Positions 58,201 through 64,000 of a DNA stretch of 64,000 bases are shown piece after piece. The first letter of the stretch is position 1, and each line of letters begins with the position of its first letter. The translations under genes and the position numbers were made by a program. A model generated the notes under the pieces. It saw only the letters and a program-made list of their open reading frames with translations, was not told where the DNA came from and did no database searches. The stretch is from contig CALZJQ010000002.1 in assembly GCA_945787895.1 (NCBI GenBank), positions 1,853 through 65,852 of the forward strand, written 5' to 3'. This stretch comes from an uncultured Prevotella sp. (GTDB lineage Bacteria > Bacteroidota > Bacteroidia > Bacteroidales > Bacteroidaceae).

Positions 58201-59196
58201 TTATTGTTTACCAATGACAATTCTAAGATATTTTCGATCAAATACAAATGCGAAAAGACAACACAAACTAATAGTTACTATTGTATGACATATAAGATAT
58301 ACTAAACAATATGAAAGCGAACTATTCTCTGATATGAAGTAAGAGAAAGGCAATTTATTCACAATAAAATGGAAACAATAAATCACAAGAGAATATCTTC
58401 CAATATACTCCAATATATTATTCTTCCCAATAATCTTACTTAAAAACATTATACCAATACTTCCTGATACAGAAATGATATATAACAGAGGTATATCAAA
58501 ACAATTATGTATAAGTATAGAGTTCTGTATACGAGGAGGACTGTAACTAAACACATACATTGTAGTAATACATATGATATGGATAATTAAACTTCCCCAA
58601 CATATCATTTTGTTCTCTAATAGATTATTCTTTCTTACATAGTCTCCTGTCGCAATTAAGGCCAATGCCATAATTGAATGACACCCATGTTCTCCGTGAC
58701 CATATAACACAGCAATTCCCGCCAAAATGTACAATATCAAAATTACCCCCAATATTGGTACAACTCGATTGTTGAGTATCTTATTAATTGCCCAATACAT
58801 CAGCTTTGCAACGAACAATGCCCGCAAAAACCAAAAGCTGTACCTAAAAAAACGCAATAGGCTGAAAGGCAGCAGGTAAAACGCTTCTGAAGTTGGCAAT
58901 GTAATGAAATTTGTTATGTTTACCACTAAAATATCAAAAAAGAAAATCGGCAATCCGACCGAGATGATCAATGATTTTAGGAATGGTTTGAATGGCTTCG
59001 AGTAATTGCTGCAGTATCCTGTAACAACAAAAAATACTGCCATAAACCATGTGAGAAAAATATACTGCTGTAAATCGCTGTATGGTTGGATAGTCTGCTT
59101 TGGCACAACGGACTCAATACCCATCGTGATATGCAGTGTAACCATAGATATTACGGCTATAGCTTTTGTAATATCAATAAATACTATTCGTTTCAT
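58201..59196 (-). CDS. Acyltransferase family 3 (membrane O-acyltransferase)
   Basis: RIVFIDITKAIA…H, FMAVFFVVTGY, WFLRALF, IGRYSLVIYCFH. Confidence 0.88.
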   Translation of the reverse strand: MKRIVFIDITKAIAVISMVTLHITMGIESVVPKQTIQPYSDLQQYIFLTWFMAVFFVVTGYCSNYSKPFKPFLKSLIISVGLPIFFFDILVVNITNFITLPTSEAFYLLPFSLLRFFRYSFWFLRALFVAKLMYWAINKILNNRVVPILGVILILYILAGIAVLYGHGEHGCHSIMALALIATGDYVRKNNLLENKMICWGSLIIHIICITTMYVFSYSPPRIQNSILIHNCFDIPLLYIISVSGSIGIMFLSKIIGKNNILEYIGRYSLVIYCFHFIVNKLPFSYFISENSSLSYCLVYLICHTIVTISLCCLFAFVFDRKYLRIVIGKQ

Positions 59197-59211
59197 GTTA
59201 ATTGATTAATA

Positions 59212-59236
59212 GGGTCAGGGATCTGTTCCCTGACTC
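59212..59236. repeat. REP-like hairpin
   Basis: GGGTCAGGGA-TCTGT-TCCCTGACTC, a GC-rich palindrome in AT-rich context. Confidence 0.55.
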
Positions 59237-59246
59237 GTTCATATTT

Positions 59247-59543
59247 CTAAGTATTAATAGTAAGGATATTGTTCAAATTCATCAGGTGAACAGTAAGAAT
59301 ACCAGTCTTCGTCTTCCAATACCTGCCATCAGAATCAATTATGCCACCAGATAATTTACCATCAATCCATCCCCTTGATGACAAAATCACTGCATCTGAC
59401 AAAGACAAAGAAGATAGTTTCCGCGAAACTAATGCTTCATGACTCCATCCCTCACAGATTCTCCTCCTGCCGCTCCGGACAAAAGATGCATCAAACAAAT
59501 CTATATTCATATCATTATAAAAAAAAGTCATTTCCTGACACAA
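59247..59543 (-). other. Short ORF, possible truncated gene remnant
   Basis: 98 aa, co-oriented between two acyltransferases; no recognisable complete domain. Confidence 0.3.
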
Positions 59544-59552
59544 TTGCCCCTC

Positions 59553-60553
59553 CTAACGAAATAAAACATATCTGCGTATATGAATACTGTGTCGCAAAGC
59601 ATTTCCTACACCTACGCAAACATAGGCTACAACTATGGAGAGGAAAGAAGTCATCATTATTGACAAGAACAGATTACCAGACATTTGCAACCATTCATCC
59701 ACAACATCCAAATTAATGTTGGTTATAAGAAAATAATGAAGCACATATATATCAAGACTATTCTTCCCAATAAACTCCAACTGACACTCGACGAATGAAC
59801 TCTCATGCTCACGTTTCACAAATAAGGGAATAACTACCAACAACGCACAAAATGGTAAAACTATATGTTTGACAATTGAACCGAAAGCATGAAATGGGGC
59901 TACGAAATCAAATAAAACCATATACCCCATTAATCCCATGGTAAACAAAATGTTGTGCCTCATCATCTTGTCAATCAAACCATTTTTTGAACAAAAAACT
60001 CCAAGTATAAAGAAGAAATAGAAATTTCCACAATTCAGCAGACATAATGGGTCGTGCGTCTGAGCTGTCCACTTCCAACCACAATAGAAAGCCAACCAAG
60101 TACCGAAAGCTATAAATACTTCTACTACCTTACTATTACTTTTATTAATTCGAAACAATTGTAAAGAAAGATAGAAAACAGCCAAAGACATAAGATACCA
60201 ATAACCGAGCTTATTCGGAGAATTTACAAAACCCATTACTCTATCACAGAACTCAGCAAAGGTATCAATCGATCCAAACGTCATGGAAAACAAAACGCCA
60301 AAGACAGACATCGGAATAAGAAGTCCTAACAACTTATGCCTCAACTGAGATAAAGTCCAATAGGGGGGGTAATTCCCTTAACAGCAACCATGCCAGACAA
60401 AAACATAAACAGAGGCATATGGAAAGAGCCTATCACATCATACATTACACACCTGGACTGTCCCAAAGAGAACAGATACACATGCCCCATAACAACAAGA
60501 AGAATGGCAAAGCCTTTCATCCTGTCAATATATTTTATTCTATTCTTCATCAT
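59553..60553 (-). pseudogene. Acyltransferase family 3, frameshifted in a C7 tract, possibly phase-variable
   Basis: N-part RIKYIDRMKGFAILLVVMGH…FHMPLFMFLSG; C-part YWYL…IGKNSLDIYVLH; 1001 nt = 3n+2; adding one C at 60363-60369 gives 333 aa. Confidence 0.85.
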
Positions 60554-60723
60554 AAACAATTAGGTCAGGAATAAACTTAAACCTCCACATAACCATAAAA
60601 CCATCACCACAAGCGAAAAAGCAATATACAAAAATTAAGTTCCTGAACATCAGCCTGCCACGCAGATAGCACAGACTATATATCCCCATAACTACATCTG
60701 CATTGTCATAATTATCGTAAACT

Positions 60724-60838
60724 ATCTGCGAAATCTGCGAAATCAACGTGAGAAATCATGTCACGCGGATGACGCAGATTTAGCAGATTATTTATCCCAT
60801 TGCAATATCTGTGGGCATCTGCGAAATCAGCGTGAGAA
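60724..60838. repeat. Family D nonamer-armed hairpin unit plus half unit
   Basis: 60747-60836 matches 62247-62336 at 86 of 90 positions. Confidence 0.9.
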
Positions 60839-60843
60839 ACGAC

Positions 60844-62058
60844 TTACAGATCGGATAAAGCAAGGAAACTACGGAGATGAACATGCCTGATGCCATCGAC
60901 ATTAGCAAATCCGGACATCCTGTCCATCGAGACGACATATTTAGGATGACTGTCCGTGATGGCTCTCAGGTTCCCAAACTCACGCTCCACCGTTTCCTGA
61001 TTGGCAAGGAGATAGGTGACCTGAATATATACCGTACTGTCAGCCCTCTCTGCCACAAAGTCAATCTCGCCTTTCCTCAATTGTCCGACAAAAACCATAT
61101 AGCCCAATTGTCTCAGATGGCGATAGACAGCATTCTCCATCAGTTTCTCAATGTCAAACTGGCGGTTACCACTGATTATACGGTTTCTGATGCCCAAATC
61201 CTCAAAATAGTATTTCTCTCCCAATTCAAGAATCTTCTTCCCGTGTATGTTATATCTCTCTATGCGGTCAATGATATAGGCATTGGAGAGATAACTGAGA
61301 TAGTTGAGAATGATATTTGCAGAGGTATCAACCGACTGGCTCTTGAGAAACTTCACTATGCTGCGGGCAGAAAACTGCTTACCGATATTGTCACTGAGAA
61401 ATTTCAGCAACGACCGTAGGAGAGGTATATTTCTGATGCTCTCACGCTCTATCACGTCACGCAAGACTATCGTATCATAAATATTCCCGAGATAGTCGGT
61501 GACAATATCCTGCTCCTCCAACCCCAACAGACGAAGCTGTGGCAACCCCCCATATTGCAGGAACAACTCCAACGCTCTGTCATCATCAGCCAAATTATGG
61601 AATTGCAGGAATTCCATATAGCTTAGTCCCCTGATACGTATCTCCATATACCTGCCACGCAGACGTGTCGATAATTCGCCAGAGAGCATCTTGGCGTTGC
61701 TTCCCGTCACTATAATCCGACACACACCCTCATTATGCAGACTAAGCACGGCTTTCTCGAAATCTGCAATCTCCTGCACCTCATCAATGAAAAGGTAGTT
61801 TGTCTTCTCTGAAAGTATATTCTCCGTTACATACGTATAGAGGTCAGAGAACGTACGAATAGCATCATAGCGTACATTCTCCTTGTCAATGTATAAAATG
61901 TTGTTCGCAGGATCCCGTAATACAATGTCCCGTACACCTCTCATCACGCAACTCTTACCCACACGCCTCTGTCCCGTCAATGCCACCATCATTCCCCTGT
62001 CAAGGACATGCAGTATCCGTTGCGTGTAACCACTTCTTTCTATTATATTATGTTGCAT
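60844..62058 (-). CDS. AAA_14 ATPase with DUF4143 (PD-(D/E)xK-like) C-terminus
   Basis: TGQRRVGKS, FIDEVQ, TGSNA, KYYFEDLGIRN, MENAVY, EIDFV…IQV; own TATTTTTG promoter (62076-62083). Confidence 0.9.
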   Translation of the reverse strand: MQHNIIERSGYTQRILHVLDRGMMVALTGQRRVGKSCVMRGVRDIVLRDPANNILYIDKENVRYDAIRTFSDLYTYVTENILSEKTNYLFIDEVQEIADFEKAVLSLHNEGVCRIIVTGSNAKMLSGELSTRLRGRYMEIRIRGLSYMEFLQFHNLADDDRALELFLQYGGLPQLRLLGLEEQDIVTDYLGNIYDTIVLRDVIERESIRNIPLLRSLLKFLSDNIGKQFSARSIVKFLKSQSVDTSANIILNYLSYLSNAYIIDRIERYNIHGKKILELGEKYYFEDLGIRNRIISGNRQFDIEKLMENAVYRHLRQLGYMVFVGQLRKGEIDFVAERADSTVYIQVTYLLANQETVEREFGNLRAITDSHPKYVVSMDRMSGFANVDGIRHVHLRSFLALSDL

Positions 62059-62172
62059 ACGCAAAAAACTTTTTGCAAAAATACAAAAACCGTTGCTTAT
62101 ACGCAACACTCTTTCGTCTCAATACCTATATATTTACTATTTTTTAACACGCTGATTACCACACCACTCTTT

Positions 62173-62399
62173 ATGTCCCACGGATAACACAGATTGACAC
62201 AGAATATTATCCCCATTGCAACATCTGCGAGAATCTGAGGAATCTGCGTGAGAAATCATGTCACGCGGATGACGCAGATTAAGCAGATTATTTATCCCAT
62301 TGCAACATCTGTGGGCATCTGCGGAATCTGCGTGAGTATCATGTCCCACGGATAACACAGATTGACACAGAATATTTATCCCCGTTGCAACATCTATGG
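62173..62399. repeat. Tandem array of family D hairpin units (two full, one partial)
   Basis: Units start at 62173, 62258 and 62341 (ATGTCCCACGGAT/ATGTCACGCGGAT) with conserved loop TTATCCC(C)ATTGCAAC. Confidence 0.9.
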
Positions 62400-62536
62400 G
62401 ATAAAGTGGATGTGAAGTAAAACACATGAACAGTTTCCGTGGATTTCCTCAATCTCCTGTGTGAAAGTCGATAGTAAAGTCCACAATAAACAAAACAAAC
62501 ACCTCACATAGGTTGCTACATCAAGTACGCAAACAT

Positions 62537-63984
62537 TCAAACAGTATATCTCTGTTTCGGACTATTCTTATCTCCAAGCACAGGTTTAAGCAGACCGGCC
62601 TCTATCAGTGGTGTGAGTATCTTGCGTCGGAATGAAGTACGGCTCTCGTAGCCCGTGGCTTCCATCATTTCCACCACCGATGCTGTTTGCTCGCACATGT
62701 GCAGTACCACGCGCGCATTGTTTTGTTCCGTCTTCTGTAGTGTCGGACATCGTTCTGTCAGGTCTGGATACAAATCCATCACATTCACACGATTGACTTT
62801 CTTCATATCTGAGGAGGCTACCCCCTCCATAGGTCGCATAAATCTCACAGAAAACTGGTTACCCGAGCTTGAATTGTCGAACTCCATCTGTGCACCCTCT
62901 CTGAAAGCGCGCAGAATACCCGTCCCAATACCTCTGTATTGCATGGTGCGCGAACAGAACTGAGCCATCAGCGGATTTCTCTGCAACGTATTTCCGAACC
63001 TTAAGTCATCGACTGTCATTCCCGAGGGCAATGACCCAGGACTTATTATCTCCACCCTGTTGTCAAAAATCAGGATGCGAATGGGGGCACTGGCTATATA
63101 TTCTCTATGGACAAGGGCATTCTGAAGAATTTCCTCCAAGGCAATCTGCGAAATCTCAAGCCTTCCTACAGAATTGAATCCTTGCCCCGCCTGCACACTA
63201 TGCAGATTAGCTTTCAGGAACGACATGCCTTGGTCGAACAACTGAGGCATCGTTCCTGCAATATCCTTGCTGTCACGATACTCCAGCCCACCCATATCAT
63301 TGCCATAGAACGACACTGCCTTGATCATCATCGAAGGCAGGTGTTGCTGAGGTGAAAGTCCAAAGAACAGCAGACCTGCTAATGTACATTCGCCACTAAT
63401 CGTAAGGATATGCAGATTCTTCAACAACTGTTCATACTCCAAACCCATCTCTGATACTGTTTTTCCGAAGTTCTTCGTACAATACTCTTCGATTAATTGA
63501 CGGTTCAAATCTGCTATGCCCGTACCTCTCACCATTTCATGATCTGGATAATATGCGCCAGATTGGTGAAACAAGCGTAAGATTTCAGCATTTTCTGTCA
63601 CCCTGCGTTTGTCAGCACCTTGTTTCATATATATGTCACCTGACAGATTCTTGTATGGCTTGTTAACTCCTTCATCAACGTACACCAAAAGTATAGACTT
63701 TTCCGCACTAACAGGTATTGTCTCCGTCTAAAGGTAGATGGTAGGCCTCACGTGTTCTTGAGCTGTATTCCCCATCTCTCTGCTGGCCATCTGTACCTCA
63801 TCGTAACACAGGCCCACAATTTCGCCGGTCTTATCTTTACAGCCAATAATTATCATCCCACCCTTGGCATTTGCCATAGCTACGAGTTCTTCTGCCATTT
63901 GTTTCTGGGTGGTAAAGTGCTCCTTAAACTGCACACGGCTGTTCTCGCCACATTTTATTATTTCAAGAATCTTTTCTTGTTCAT
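62537..63984 (-). pseudogene. AlbA_2 (Schlafen-like) + HATPase_c_4 + winged-helix protein, disrupted
   Basis: GENSRVQFKE…ELVAMANAKGG…IGCKD; EILQNALVHREY…FDNRVEIISPGSL…GTGI; in-frame TAG at 63728-63730; ATG at 63984 is one base out of frame. Confidence 0.8.
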
Positions 63985-64000
63985 GTTTTTATTTTGGTCA

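Noticed and set aside
60540-60746. 68-aa ORF upstream of the split acyltransferase
   Set aside because: It starts inside the family D repeat and has no recognisable domain.
62173-62399. Possible CRISPR array
   Set aside because: Units are ~84-bp palindromes with conserved loops rather than short repeats with unique spacers; no cas genes are present.
63728-63730. Amber recoding or programmed readthrough in the Schlafen-like gene
   Set aside because: TAG ends other intact genes here (e.g. tonB, purT), and the gene has a second lesion, so a nonsense mutation is simpler.

Overview
Chromosomal window from a Bacteroidales bacterium, probably Prevotellaceae-like (TAnnTTTG promoters, A-rich translation starts, SusC/SusD, PorQ). 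Bases 1-46.9 kb are mostly housekeeping genes (fabG/TetR, tRNA-fMet, TatD, polyprenyl synthetase, porQ, TonB, cmk, ispH, meaB, Mrp, topB, trmB, ilvE, xseAB, MATE, purT, YeiH, tRNA-Ser). They are interspersed with a PCMD lipoprotein/outer-membrane barrel pair, a collapsed GH31 pseudogene, a GH78-GH33 fusion, an alpha-2-macroglobulin and a CAZyme-free TlpA-SusC-SusD-DUF4843-PKD locus. Bases 47-60.6 kb hold the distal part of a surface-polysaccharide locus with four acyl/acetyltransferases and an ACP-FabG-2xFabH cassette; two of these acylation genes are frameshifted in TTA(C)n tracts that would both be in frame at C8. An AAA+DUF4143 ATPase gene bracketed by near-identical 90-bp hairpin repeats and a disrupted AlbA_2/Schlafen gene follow. 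The most striking unexplained structure is a set of intergenic elements built from inverted arms of tandem 7-, 8- or 9-mers around a short conserved core, filling many gene junctions. No transposase, integrase, CRISPR array or rRNA was seen. Family calls come from motif recognition by eye, not from database searches.
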